NCBI GenBank assembly: GCA_948616985.1
Contig: CAPGDO010000002.1
Span: 5,965 to 69,964, forward strand
Length of the DNA stretch: 64,000 bases
DNA from: an uncultured Eggerthellaceae bacterium
GTDB lineage: Bacteria > Actinomycetota > Coriobacteriia > Coriobacteriales > Eggerthellaceae
Direction of reading: 5' to 3'
The translations under genes and the position numbers were made by a program. Within the stretch, counting starts at the first letter, position 1. Every line of letters starts with the position of its first letter. A model generated the notes under the pieces. The model did not search any database, was not told the origin of the DNA, and saw nothing but the letters and a program-made list of their open reading frames with translations. Positions 10,014-19,612 of the stretch are shown piece by piece.

Positions 10014-12941
10014 TCACCCGTTATCAGAGAAGAGCCCCTCCTCCACTGCCTGCGCTTCGGCCAATACGCGCTTGATGAACTGACCTGTGAAGCTCCCTTC
10101 GACCTGGGCAACCTCCTCAGGTGTGCCCGTAGCGATGATGGTACCGCCGTGTGCACCTCCTTCAGGACCAAGATCGATGATGTGGTCTGCGCTCTTGATG
10201 ACATCCAGGTTATGCTCGATCACGAGCACCGTGTTCCCTGCATCTACCAGTCGTTGGAGCACGATGAGCAGCTGTCGTACATCCTCGAAATGCAATCCCG
10301 TGGTGGGTTCGTCAAGGATATAGAACGTCTTTCCCGTGCTGCGCTTCTGGAGCTCTGAGGAGAGCTTCACTCGCTGAGCCTCTCCGCCGGAGAGCGTAGT
10401 GGCGCTTTGACCGAGGCGGATATAGCCGAGCCCTACATCGAAGAGCGTCTGGAGCTTGCGCTTGATCGAGGGGATGTTCTCGAAGAAGTGAAGGGCATCC
10501 TCGACGGTCATGTCCAGCACTTCGGCGATGTTCTTGCCACGATAGGTCACCTGGAGCGTTTCCCGGTTATAGCGGGAACCCTGGCAGACCTCGCAGGGCA
10601 CATAGATGTCAGGGAGGAAGTGCATCTCTATCTTGATCTGGCCGTCCCCCTTGCAGGCTTCGCAGCGGCCGCCCTTGACGTTGAAGGAGAAGCGACCAGG
10701 GGAATAGCCTCGTGCCTTGGATTCCGCGGTAGAAGAGAAGAGATTGCGGATATCATCCCAGAGCCCGATGTAGGTGGCAGGGTTCGAGCGCGGCGTGCGT
10801 CCGATAGGGCTCTGGTCTATGTTGATGACCTTGTCCAGCTTGTCCAGCCCGGACATCTTCCGGTAGGGCCCTGTTCGCTTATGGGCATGATTGAGTCGGT
10901 TGGCCAGGGCCGGTGCAAGGGTGTCGGTGATGAGCGAGCTCTTCCCGGAACCGGATACCCCCGTGACGACCGTGAGCGTGCCGATGGGCACTTCCAAGGT
11001 GACGTTCTGAAGGTTGTTCTCCTTGGCTCCGGTCATCTTGAGCTTGCCTCGACGGGGATTGCGGCGCGCTTGTGGTACCTCGATGCGACGGCGGCCCGTG
11101 AGGTAATCCGCCGTCATGGAGCCCTTGGTGGCCATGACTTCCTCAGGAGTGCCTGCAGCGGTCACATGGCCGCCATGCTCCCCTGCGCCTGGGCCCATAT
11201 CCACGATGAAGTCAGCGCTTCGGATGGTGTCCTCATCATGCTCGACCACGATAACGGTATTGCCGAGGTCTCGCAGGTGCTCCAAGGTGGCGATAAGCCG
11301 CTCGTTATCCCGCTGGTGCAGTCCGATGGAGGGCTCATCCAGGATATAGAGCACGCCCATGAGCCCGGCACCGATCTGGGTGGCCAGGCGGATGCGCTGG
11401 GCCTCTCCGCCAGAGAGGGTGGCGGTAGCCCGCTCTAGTGTCAGATAATCCAGACCCACATCCACGAGGAACCGTAAACGTGCCACCACTTCCTTGACGA
11501 TGGGACCAGCCACATAGTCATCGGCCCCGGCGAAGGAGAGCCCTTCGAAGAAGCGAAGGGAATCCGCCGCGCTCATCTCGCAGGCATCGTGGATGGACTT
11601 GCCCCCTACGGTGACCGCTAGGATCTCCGGCTTCAAACGGCGTCCCTTGCAGGTCTTGCAGGGTACGATGGAGAAGTAGGATTGAAGCTTCTCGCGCTTG
11701 GAGTCAGTATCAGCCTCTGAGTACTTGCGGCGGACCGCCTCGATGACACCTTCCCATTCCAGATACCAATAGGTATTGCGGCCATCCAGCGTGTGATAGT
11801 CGATCCTGACCTTCTCAGAGCCCGTGCCGTAGAGCACGGCCTTCTGGGTCTTGGGCTTGAGGTCTTCCCAGGGGATGGATGGATCCTCTCCCATATGGCG
11901 AACCACGGCTTCCAAGACCTGGGGATAGTAGTTGCCGCTCTTGAAGGGCAGGATGACGCCTTCTTCGATGGAAAGGGCCGGATCAGCGATGAGGAGGGAA
12001 TCATCGACCTCCTCTGTGCTGCCGATGCCGTAGCAATCAGGACAGGAGCCATAAGGGGCATTGAAGGAGAAATCCCGTGGCTCGAGCTCATCCATGGAGA
12101 AGCCATGCTCAGGACAAGCCAAGGCCAAGGAGAAGACATGCTCCCCTTCGGCAACGCCGCCCTTCGCCCCGGAGGATGTGCCCCCTTGTACGGCTCGCAC
12201 ATCCTCTGAGTCTCCCATGAGCTGGACCAGCACGCGTCCGTCTGCCAGCTTCGTGGCCAACTCCACCGCTTCAGCGATGCGGCTAGTGGCCGAGCGCTTC
12301 AGCACTACCCTATCCACCACGACATCGATGAAATGCTTGATCTTCTTGTTCAGGGTAAGCGGCTCGTTCTCAAGGCGGATTATCTCCCCATCGATGCGCA
12401 CACGGGTGAAGCCCTCTTTCTTCAGGTCCTCGAAGAGCTTCGTGAACTCGCCTTTCTTTCCTGACACGATGGGCGCCAAGATGATGGCCCGGGCGCCCTC
12501 CTCCTCGGCTAAGCCGAGGATCTCATCGGTCACTTGATCGGTGGTCTGCTTCTTGATGACCCGTCCGCATTCAGGGCAATGGGGTACGCCTACGCGTGCG
12601 TAGAGCAGACGGAGATAGTCGTAGATCTCGGTGGTGGTGCCTACGGTAGAGCGCGGGTTCTTGGAAGTGGTCTTCTGGTCTATGGAGACCGCCGGGGACA
12701 ACCCGTCGATGGAATCCAGGTCGGGTTTGCTCATCTGTCCTAGGAACATGCGGGCGTAACTGGAGAGGCTCTCCACGTAGCGCCTCTGCCCTTCGGCATA
12801 CATGGTGTCGAAGGCGAGGCTGGATTTGCCGGAACCAGACAGGCCGGTGATGACCACGAGCTTATCCCGGGGAATGGTCAGGTCTATATCTTTCAGGTTG
12901 TGCTCACGGGCACCCTTGATCACGATCTCTGTTTGAGGCAT
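10014..12941 (-). CDS. uvrA: Excinuclease ABC subunit A
   Basis: 975 aa. Two ABC ATPase modules ([18 protein letters not shown], two LSGGE signatures) and Cys4 zinc modules (CPECG..., CEACKGDG...CEVCQG). Confidence 0.97.
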   Translation of the reverse strand: MPQTEIVIKGAREHNLKDIDLTIPRDKLVVITGLSGSGKSSLAFDTMYAEGQRRYVESLSSYARMFLGQMSKPDLDSIDGLSPAVSIDQKTTSKNPRSTVGTTTEIYDYLRLLYARVGVPHCPECGRVIKKQTTDQVTDEILGLAEEEGARAIILAPIVSGKKGEFTKLFEDLKKEGFTRVRIDGEIIRLENEPLTLNKKIKHFIDVVVDRVVLKRSATSRIAEAVELATKLADGRVLVQLMGDSEDVRAVQGGTSSGAKGGVAEGEHVFSLALACPEHGFSMDELEPRDFSFNAPYGSCPDCYGIGSTEEVDDSLLIADPALSIEEGVILPFKSGNYYPQVLEAVVRHMGEDPSIPWEDLKPKTQKAVLYGTGSEKVRIDYHTLDGRNTYWYLEWEGVIEAVRRKYSEADTDSKREKLQSYFSIVPCKTCKGRRLKPEILAVTVGGKSIHDACEMSAADSLRFFEGLSFAGADDYVAGPIVKEVVARLRFLVDVGLDYLTLERATATLSGGEAQRIRLATQIGAGLMGVLYILDEPSIGLHQRDNERLIATLEHLRDLGNTVIVVEHDEDTIRSADFIVDMGPGAGEHGGHVTAAGTPEEVMATKGSMTADYLTGRRRIEVPQARRNPRRGKLKMTGAKENNLQNVTLEVPIGTLTVVTGVSGSGKSSLITDTLAPALANRLNHAHKRTGPYRKMSGLDKLDKVINIDQSPIGRTPRSNPATYIGLWDDIRNLFSSTAESKARGYSPGRFSFNVKGGRCEACKGDGQIKIEMHFLPDIYVPCEVCQGSRYNRETLQVTYRGKNIAEVLDMTVEDALHFFENIPSIKRKLQTLFDVGLGYIRLGQSATTLSGGEAQRVKLSSELQKRSTGKTFYILDEPTTGLHFEDVRQLLIVLQRLVDAGNTVLVIEHNLDVIKSADHIIDLGPEGGAHGGTIIATGTPEEVAQVEGSFTGQFIKRVLAEAQAVEEGLFSDNG

Positions 12942-13000
12942 CTGATTCCGATCTCATCTCTCGAACGAACGCTGTCATAGGTTCGCTCATGATACACGAG

Positions 13001-13014
13001 CGAACATTTGTTTG
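13001..13014. promoter_or_regulatory. Candidate LexA (Cheo/SOS) box upstream of uvrA
   Basis: CGAACATTTGTTTG matches the Gram-positive/actinobacterial CGAAC-N4-GTTCG consensus with one core mismatch. It lies 60-73 nt upstream of the uvrA ATG (12941). Extra CGAAC/GTTCG half-sites occur at 12962, 12981 and 13001. Confidence 0.5.
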
Positions 13015-13044
13015 TAAAGGATATGCGCTGGGTTCACAGGGCCA

Positions 13045-14889
13045 TCACACCAATGGCTTGCGGGCCTTCTGTCGGGATACCAGCTGCTCTTGGAGGCTGA
13101 CCAGCTTTCGGAAGAGCTCGGATTCCTCGGCACTGCCATCCGGTGCAGCCAGCATCTGTGATTTCAGGTGCGCAGCTTCATCTTCAAGGTCCCCTATCTC
13201 CAGCTCCTGCAGGATATAGGCGAGGATGTCTGCCGTGGAAGCATCAGGATGAGGGCTCACGGCCGTGAGCAAGGAAGCAGCTTTGGGCTCAGCCTGGGCT
13301 GCTGCCTCTACGAGGGCTGCGGGAGAGGCATTGAGGTTCTGCATGAGCTCGCCGATGACGGCTGCCGCTATGCGCTCATGTTCCACGGCATGCCAGCGGG
13401 TCTTCACCACCTGATCGGCGAAGGGAAGGGCCTCCAACGGGTTCTGAGCGAAGGTGCCGAGGAGCTCTCGCTCGAGCACGCGACGGTTCTCCTCCTCTTC
13501 GGAGAGCTGGGACTGGAGGCGGGAGTCTTGAGCGGGAGTAGTAGAAGCGCCTTCGTCCTCATCGAAGATACGGGGCTTCTTCAAGCGCGCAAGCTGTCCC
13601 AAGGCGTCTTCCTCTCGTACGCGCAGACGCTGAGCCAACTGGACCGCGTAATCCTTCGCCAGGATGGAATCCTTGATGGGCGCGAGCACGGAGAGCGCAT
13701 CCGGGAGCGCTCGCGCGCGTCCTTCTGCGCTGGTGAGGTCGTGGTTGGCCAGTCTGCGCTCCAGGCCGAATTGCACGAGCGGACGAGCATCGTCTATGAG
13801 CGCTTGCATCTCATCAGCGCCATGAGCGGCCAGATACTCTGCCGGGTCTTGGCCATCCGGTAGACAGAGCGCGAATATCTCCGTTTGGGATCTTCCCGCC
13901 TCGGGAGTGGAGGTGTCATCTATGAACTGGAGCGCACGCTCCGTGGCCCGCTGACCCGCTGCATCTCCGTCGAAGATGTACACGATGCGCTTGCCTGCAT
14001 GGCGCGAGAGCACGCGGATATGGGCCTTCGTGAGAGCGGTGCCCAGAGTGGCAACAGCATTGGTGATCCCTGCCTCATGCATGGCGATGACGTCTGTATA
14101 GCCCTCGCAGACGATGGCGCATCCCGTGGATGCCATCTTCGCCTTGGCTTTGTCCAGCCCGAAGAGCACCTGGGATTTATGGAAGATGGGGGTCTCCTGG
14201 CTATTGAGGTACTTCGGTTCCCCTTCACCGAGGATACGGCCGCCGAAGGCGATGCACTCCCCCGTCACATCATGGATGGGGAACATGGCTCGTTCGTAGA
14301 ATCGGTCATTGAGATGACCGTTCTTGTTCACCGCCACGTTCGCCAAGACGAGCTCGTCGGGCTTGAATCCCAAGGAGAGCAGATGCGTGGTCATCTGGGA
14401 GCGCCCCGGCGCATACCCCAGCATCCAGCGCTTGGGCACATCTCCGCCCAATCCTCGTCCGCCCAGATAGCTCCGGGCCTTCGCGGCCCCTGGGTCCGGA
14501 GAGCGCATGAGCTGGGTGTGGAAGAACTCCTCAGCTGCCTTGCACGCATCCCGCAGGCGTTGCTTCTTGGATTGAGGGATCCCTCCCCGTCCGTCCTCTT
14601 GGATATCTATGCGTGCCCGCTCTGCCAGCTTGCGGACCGCTTCTGGAAAGGTGACCTCATCCACCTTCATGATGAATCCGAAGATATCCCCACCTTCCCC
14701 GCACCCGAAGCAGTGCCACAGTTGGGTGGCGGGGTCTATCTTGAACGAAGGCGTCTTCTCATGATGCAAAGGGCAACAGCACCAGAACTCGCGGCCCTTC
14801 TGTTGCACGCGCGTACGCTCCCCTATGAGCTCTACCAGATCAGAGGCTTCACGAACCTTCTGGATATCAGCATCGGAGATGAATGCCAT
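13045..14889 (-). CDS. dnaG: DNA primase
   Basis: ORF 13045..14940. Zinc-ribbon CCCPLHHEKTPSF...CFGCG, and a TOPRIM region (VCEGYTDVIAMH, YIFDGDAAG). Start taken at MAFISDADIQ (14889). Confidence 0.93.
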   Translation of the reverse strand: MAFISDADIQKVREASDLVELIGERTRVQQKGREFWCCCPLHHEKTPSFKIDPATQLWHCFGCGEGGDIFGFIMKVDEVTFPEAVRKLAERARIDIQEDGRGGIPQSKKQRLRDACKAAEEFFHTQLMRSPDPGAAKARSYLGGRGLGGDVPKRWMLGYAPGRSQMTTHLLSLGFKPDELVLANVAVNKNGHLNDRFYERAMFPIHDVTGECIAFGGRILGEGEPKYLNSQETPIFHKSQVLFGLDKAKAKMASTGCAIVCEGYTDVIAMHEAGITNAVATLGTALTKAHIRVLSRHAGKRIVYIFDGDAAGQRATERALQFIDDTSTPEAGRSQTEIFALCLPDGQDPAEYLAAHGADEMQALIDDARPLVQFGLERRLANHDLTSAEGRARALPDALSVLAPIKDSILAKDYAVQLAQRLRVREEDALGQLARLKKPRIFDEDEGASTTPAQDSRLQSQLSEEEENRRVLERELLGTFAQNPLEALPFADQVVKTRWHAVEHERIAAAVIGELMQNLNASPAALVEAAAQAEPKAASLLTAVSPHPDASTADILAYILQELEIGDLEDEAAHLKSQMLAAPDGSAEESELFRKLVSLQEQLVSRQKARKPLV

Positions 14890-14988
14890 GGAAGCCTGGT
14901 GCCATCCTTTCAGGATACAGAACAGATGTCCTCTGTTCATTTGATATGATAGCCCAACCGCTCAAGCGAAATGCCGTGAAGGAATCAG

Positions 14989-16224
14989 ATGCACAACAAG
15001 CCTAATGCCGACATCCCCTATCTGTCCTTGGATCCGCGGATCGAAGAGCAGATCCAGCAGGATATGAGCTCTGGGGCCATGAGCCCCTATGCTTTCAAGG
15101 ATGAGAACGTCATCCGGCGGGAGGATCTGCCCAATGACCGGGCCACCCTCGCCCGCCCCGCCTTCGTTCGCGACGTAGAGAAGATCGTGAACGTGCCCGC
15201 TTACAACAGGTATGCGGGCAAGACCCAGGTCTTCAGCTTCGTCAATAACGACGACATCACCCGTCGTGGGCTCCATGTCCAGCTGGTCAACCGGGTGGCG
15301 AAGGGCATCGGACGGCTGCTGCGGTTGAATACGGATCTGATCGAGGCCATAGCCTTAGGCCATGATGTGGGGCATACCCCCTTCGGCCATGCTGGCGAGC
15401 GCTTCTTGTCCCAGTGCTATCACGAGCGAACGGGGAAGCATTTCAACCATAACGTCCACTCCGTTCGCGTGCTGGATGAGCTCTATCCGCGCAACATCTC
15501 GCTCCAGACATTGGATGGGGTACTGGCTCACAATGGAGAGTTCGCAAAGCAGCGGCTCGAGCGCGGCACTATGGGCACCTTCTCTGATCTAGAAGCAGCC
15601 GTCACGGCCTGCACGGAAGACTCCTCTCAGATCAAGGGCCTGCGTCCCTCCACCCTAGAGGGCTGCGTCGTCCGCGTGAGCGACATGATCGCCTACATCG
15701 GGAAGGACAGGGATGACGCTCTCAAGATGGGTGTGATGCAGAGCATCGACGAGTTCGACAGCTTCGTTCTAGGTAAGGACAACGGTCGCATCATCAATAA
15801 CATGACCATGGATATCGTGAATAACAGCTATGGGAAGGATGCCATAGCCATGAGCCAGGATATCTTCGATGACCTGAAGCGGGCCAAACGGCAGAACTAC
15901 GAGCTCATCTATGAGCGGGAGGGCATGCTCGAAGACGCATCGAACGTGGTGGACCACATGTTCGAACGGCTCTATGAGCGCTTGCTGCAAGACCTGGCCT
16001 CAGGGGACGAGTCCTCCCCCATCTTCGCCCATCATGTGCAACCCCTTGCGGATACTTCCCACACCATCTCGCCAGAAGCCTATCTGAGCCAAGATCCGAA
16101 CCGCATCGTCGTGGACTATATCGCCTCTATGACCGATGGGTACTTCACCAGCATCTACGAGATGCTCTTCCCGGATGAGACCTTCGAGATAGAGAAGCGA
16201 GGCTACTTCGCGAACCTGAAGTGA
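14989..16224 (+). CDS. dGTPase-like HD-domain triphosphohydrolase
   Basis: 411 aa. Contains HD motif ALGHDVGHTPFGHAGE and further His/Asp motifs. dGTP triphosphohydrolase-like family. Confidence 0.8.
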   Translation: MHNKPNADIPYLSLDPRIEEQIQQDMSSGAMSPYAFKDENVIRREDLPNDRATLARPAFVRDVEKIVNVPAYNRYAGKTQVFSFVNNDDITRRGLHVQLVNRVAKGIGRLLRLNTDLIEAIALGHDVGHTPFGHAGERFLSQCYHERTGKHFNHNVHSVRVLDELYPRNISLQTLDGVLAHNGEFAKQRLERGTMGTFSDLEAAVTACTEDSSQIKGLRPSTLEGCVVRVSDMIAYIGKDRDDALKMGVMQSIDEFDSFVLGKDNGRIINNMTMDIVNNSYGKDAIAMSQDIFDDLKRAKRQNYELIYEREGMLEDASNVVDHMFERLYERLLQDLASGDESSPIFAHHVQPLADTSHTISPEAYLSQDPNRIVVDYIASMTDGYFTSIYEMLFPDETFEIEKRGYFANLK

Positions 16225-16275
16225 CCTGGCTATGATCCCCTGGAATGAGACCGAGTCAGAAAGCAGTTGCCGAAG

Positions 16276-16758
16276 ATGATGAGCGTTGAGGAAGCCGTAT
16301 TCGGCCAAGCTGAGCCCCGCCCCTTCTATGTTGATACGCCCATCACCGTGCGTTACGGCGAGACGGACATGATGGGTGTGGTCTATCATGCGAACTATCT
16401 GCTGTACTTCGAGGATGCGCGGATCGGCTTCTTGGATGCGCTGGGCTTCTCCTATAACGAAAGCCTGGAGCAAGCGGGGTATATGAGCCCTATCCACGCC
16501 GTGGACATCCGATACCATGCTCCTCTTCGCTATGGCGAAGGCGGGTTCGTGCGCACGTCGGTGGCGAAGAATCAGCCCTTGCGCACGGTCTATCATCAGC
16601 AGGTGTTCCGCCAAGGGGATGATCCGGAAACCACTCAGCCTCTTGTGGATGCCCATGTGACCGTTTGCATCGTGGAGCGGGCTACCTTCAAGCCCGTGAA
16701 CATCAAACGGACCTTCCCTGAGCTCTATGGGCATTACGCTACCATCGCTGAGCCTTAG
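16276..16758 (+). CDS. Acyl-CoA thioesterase, YbgC/4HBT hotdog family
   Basis: VRYGETDMMGVVYHANYLLYFEDAR is the hotdog-fold catalytic region. The ORF track starts at TTG 16267; the first ATG is at 16276. Confidence 0.75.
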   Translation: MMSVEEAVFGQAEPRPFYVDTPITVRYGETDMMGVVYHANYLLYFEDARIGFLDALGFSYNESLEQAGYMSPIHAVDIRYHAPLRYGEGGFVRTSVAKNQPLRTVYHQQVFRQGDDPETTQPLVDAHVTVCIVERATFKPVNIKRTFPELYGHYATIAEP

Positions 16759-16842
16759 TGCTCCCTGTACGGTCATTGCAGCTAGGATGACCTTGCCCTA
16801 TGATTCCAGACGAAGGAAAGGGCTCGTTGAAAGAGGCATAGC

Positions 16843-17208
16843 ATGGATACGACAACGGTTGACTACATCGCTGAGCGCGTTGACATCCTGGCGGCATCAG
16901 ATGCCAGCACCCAGGTGACGAAGGACGCGGCCAATGCCTGGAAGGAAGCTGTGGCTGCAGGTGGAGCTGATGCTGCCGACGCTGCCACCGAGCAGCTGCT
17001 TGACATCCTAGAAGGGCGCCCCACCACCATCGATGGCGTCATCGCCTTCGCTGAGGGGCCTGCCAAGGAGATGTTCGGTGAAGAGGCGGCTGCTCAGATC
17101 CTGACCACCCAACAGCAGCGCAAGGCTGAAGGCGCCAAGTGGTGCGATTGCGATGCCTGCACCGCCGCTACGGAGATCCTCGCCAAGTTCGGTCGCGTAG
17201 AGCTGTAG
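16843..17208 (+). CDS. Hypothetical protein (121 aa, Ala-rich, C-terminal CDCDAC motif)
   Basis: ATG preceded by AAGAGG. No family that I can name with confidence. Confidence 0.5.
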   Translation: MDTTTVDYIAERVDILAASDASTQVTKDAANAWKEAVAAGGADAADAATEQLLDILEGRPTTIDGVIAFAEGPAKEMFGEEAAAQILTTQQQRKAEGAKWCDCDACTAATEILAKFGRVEL

Positions 17209-17229
17209 CTGGTAAGCTCGTCAGGTTAC

Positions 17230-17260
17230 CATAGGGGCGAATCTGAGATCCGCCCCTATG
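17230..17260. terminator. Perfect 10-bp hairpin in a convergent intergenic region
   Basis: CATAGGGGCG (17230..17239) pairs with CGCCCCTATG (17251..17260), with an 11-nt loop. There is no U-run, so its function as a terminator is tentative. Confidence 0.35.
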
Positions 17261-17375
17261 AGGGTGATGCCGTAGACCTCCCGGAGTGGCCGAACGCGTT
17301 CGGCCTTAAATCAGGAGGGGCAGAGATCGTGGCAAGGTCGCCTCGATCGTCGGTTCGTTTTCTGTAGTATGCGAA

Positions 17376-17852
17376 TCATATGGTCACTCGTCGAAGAGGC
17401 TTCTCCATCTTTTCGAAGACCAGCTTTGCGTCGTTTTCGAGATCGATGATTCCGTGTCCGACCGTACGATAACCTCTGTGCTCATAGAGCAAGGCAGCAG
17501 GGAGAGATGCGTCGAGTACCGCCATCTCATGATCCTTGCCGATGATGTTCTCAAGATGGTCGATGATCATGGACCCGCAGCCTTTGCCTTGGCAGGCCGG
17601 CAGGACATACACTCCCGTGATGTGATTGCCATCAAAGCAGCCCGTTCCAATGATCTCGCCGTCCTCTACGAGAACACCCATGTTGCCTGAAGCGACACCC
17701 TCTCGAACATGGTCCAGGCTATGCAGATCACAGAAGAATCCTGTCACCTCAGCAGGGTAATACTTGGGGTAGATGGATCGAATGGTGGTTTGCAAGACGC
17801 GATGGATATCATCTACCTGTTCTTCAGTCGCAGTTATATATTCCATTGCCAC
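17376..17852 (-). CDS. GNAT-family N-acetyltransferase
   Basis: 158 aa. Acetyl-CoA motif A VLPACQGKGCGSMII. Lies in an AT-richer segment. Confidence 0.8.
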   Translation of the reverse strand: MAMEYITATEEQVDDIHRVLQTTIRSIYPKYYPAEVTGFFCDLHSLDHVREGVASGNMGVLVEDGEIIGTGCFDGNHITGVYVLPACQGKGCGSMIIDHLENIIGKDHEMAVLDASLPAALLYEHRGYRTVGHGIIDLENDAKLVFEKMEKPLRRVTI

Positions 17853-17877
17853 GGCACTATTGCTTCCTTTCTCAGGG

Positions 17878-18225
17878 CTAGATGATCACTTCGCCCAGAT
17901 ACTTGTCATGTGGTTGGATGAGGCACTTATCGATCAGCTTCCAGTAGGATCCATATAAGTCCTTCTGAGCCCTACCGTAATCTTCTTTGGATTCGAATTC
18001 CCAGAAGAGAACGTACTTTGCGCATTTCACGATCCGGGTGAGCTCAACCGGAGGCTGTCCCTCTCGGATCTGCTCCATATCGATCTTGTATCCCCGCTTC
18101 ATGAGACGCAACTGCAACAGTCCGGCTCGCTCTTCCAAGAACGGTCTCGCCTCATTCATGATGGATTCGAATTCCTCAACCTTGTCGGGCTTCACCTGAT
18201 AGATGCATATCTCCGAGAATGGCAT
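17878..18225 (-). CDS. Hypothetical protein, ABM-like (dimeric alpha-beta barrel) by eye
   Basis: 115 aa. Starts MPFSEICIYQVKPDKVEEFESIMNEARPFLE, resembling antibiotic-biosynthesis-monooxygenase-fold proteins. SD GAAGGGGA lies upstream. The family call is weak. Confidence 0.5.
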   Translation of the reverse strand: MPFSEICIYQVKPDKVEEFESIMNEARPFLEERAGLLQLRLMKRGYKIDMEQIREGQPPVELTRIVKCAKYVLFWEFESKEDYGRAQKDLYGSYWKLIDKCLIQPHDKYLGEVII

Positions 18226-18409
18226 CGATGTATCCCCTTCTCTCTCATCATAGTAACGCGCTAAGCGAAGACGAGAACAAAGGGGACGTAGCCCGTTGTT
18301 CTCGTTGCTAAGGTTGGCCTTGCCTTATCCGAGAGGCGCGAAAGCAATAAAACAGGCGATAGCCTGCATCTCCGTTGTCCGATTGCTGCATTTGTATAAA
18401 TCGAGCAAC

Positions 18410-18445
18410 GAGAATACCCACACTTTTCAAGGTGCGGGTATTCTC
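18410..18445 (-). terminator. Hairpin downstream of guaA
   Basis: GAGAATACCCACAC (18410..18423) pairs with GTGCGGGTATTCTC (18432..18445): 14 bp with one mismatch. It starts 34 nt after the guaA stop. The U-tract is only modest. Confidence 0.4.
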
Positions 18446-18478
18446 CATGAAGAAGCATTATAAGAAGAAGCGGAACCG

Positions 18479-19459
18479 CTACTCCCACTCAACCGTCCCT
18501 ACGGGTTTGGGTGTCAGGTCGTAGCAGACGCGGCAGATGCCCGGTACCTCATGGGTGATGCGGTCGGTCATGCGCTTCAGAAGCGCCCAATCGAGCTCGG
18601 GCACCTCGGCGGTCATGACGTCCACCGTATTGATGGCACGGATGATGGCAGGCCACTCATAGGCGCGAACGCCATCGCGCACGCCGGTCGCGCGCATATC
18701 AGGCACCACGGCGAAGTACTGCCAAGCTCCCACATTCGCCGCTTCCATCTCTTCGCGCACGATGGCGTCAGCCTCGCGCAACGCTTCCAGCCTGTCCCGG
18801 GTGATGGCCCCCAGGCAGCGCACGCCCAAGCCCGGTCCCGGGAACGGCTGGCGGTCTACCATGCCTGCAGACAGCCCCAGCGCCCGGCCCACTTCGCGCA
18901 CCTCATCCTTATAGAGGAGCTTCACAGGCTCCACCAGGTCGAATTCCAGATCCTCCGGCAGGCCGCCTACGTTATGGTGGGCCTTCACGCCGTCCTTGGA
19001 TTCCAGGATGTCCGGATAGATAGTACCCTGAGCCAGGAAGTCAACCTCATCCCCCACCTTGCGCGCCTCTTCCTCGAACACGCGGATGAACTCAGCGCCG
19101 ATGATCTTGCGCTTCGTCTCTGGTTCATCAACATCTTCAAGGAGCTTCAAGAAGCGATCCGTGGCATCCACATAGATCAGGTTCGCATCCATCTGGTTCT
19201 CGAACATATCTATGACCTGCTCGGATTCGCCCTTGCGCATGAGCCCGTGATTCACATGGACGCAGATCAGATTCTCGCCGATGGCACGGTCGATGAGCGC
19301 CGCCACCACAGAACTGTCAACGCCGCCTGAAAGGGCCAACAGGACCTTCCCCTCCCCTACCTGCTTGCGAATAGCGTCAACCTGCTCTTCGATGAACGCG
19401 TTCGCGAGCTCAGGGGTGTTGATACGAGCCATGGAATCAGGACGGACGTTGGGATCCAT
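18479..19459 (-). CDS. guaA: GMP synthase, ATP-pyrophosphatase plus dimerisation domains only (no glutamine amidotransferase domain)
   Basis: 326 aa. PP-loop LALSGGVDSSV. C-terminus ...KPVGTVEWE typical of GuaA. ATG 19459 has GAGGAGG 5 nt upstream. No GATase-like ORF upstream. Confidence 0.85.
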   Translation of the reverse strand: MDPNVRPDSMARINTPELANAFIEEQVDAIRKQVGEGKVLLALSGGVDSSVVAALIDRAIGENLICVHVNHGLMRKGESEQVIDMFENQMDANLIYVDATDRFLKLLEDVDEPETKRKIIGAEFIRVFEEEARKVGDEVDFLAQGTIYPDILESKDGVKAHHNVGGLPEDLEFDLVEPVKLLYKDEVREVGRALGLSAGMVDRQPFPGPGLGVRCLGAITRDRLEALREADAIVREEMEAANVGAWQYFAVVPDMRATGVRDGVRAYEWPAIIRAINTVDVMTAEVPELDWALLKRMTDRITHEVPGICRVCYDLTPKPVGTVEWE

Positions 19460-19612
19460 TAAGACCTCCTCTGGGTTGACGGATGAGAGCCACCGGACTT
19501 CTCTGGAAGAGATTATAGCGTCCTTGGCAAGCGGAGCCTTCCTTACCAGCGAACGGGATAGGGTAAGATGCGAAGGGATGAAGAGAGGCTAACGAAGGAG
19601 CAAAGGGCAGCC

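Noticed and set aside
9983-10204. N-terminal extensions offered by the ORF track: 9248..10204 reaching into uvrA, 2585..4762 (uvrC), 33561..34247 (rimP), 43773..44621 (regulator), 46068..46868 (DUF4956), 13045..14940 (dnaG), 39849..40988 (serC) and 27853..28938 (nrnA).
   Set aside because: The extensions overlap the preceding gene or lack family-like sequence. Internal starts with good SD sequences give canonical protein lengths.
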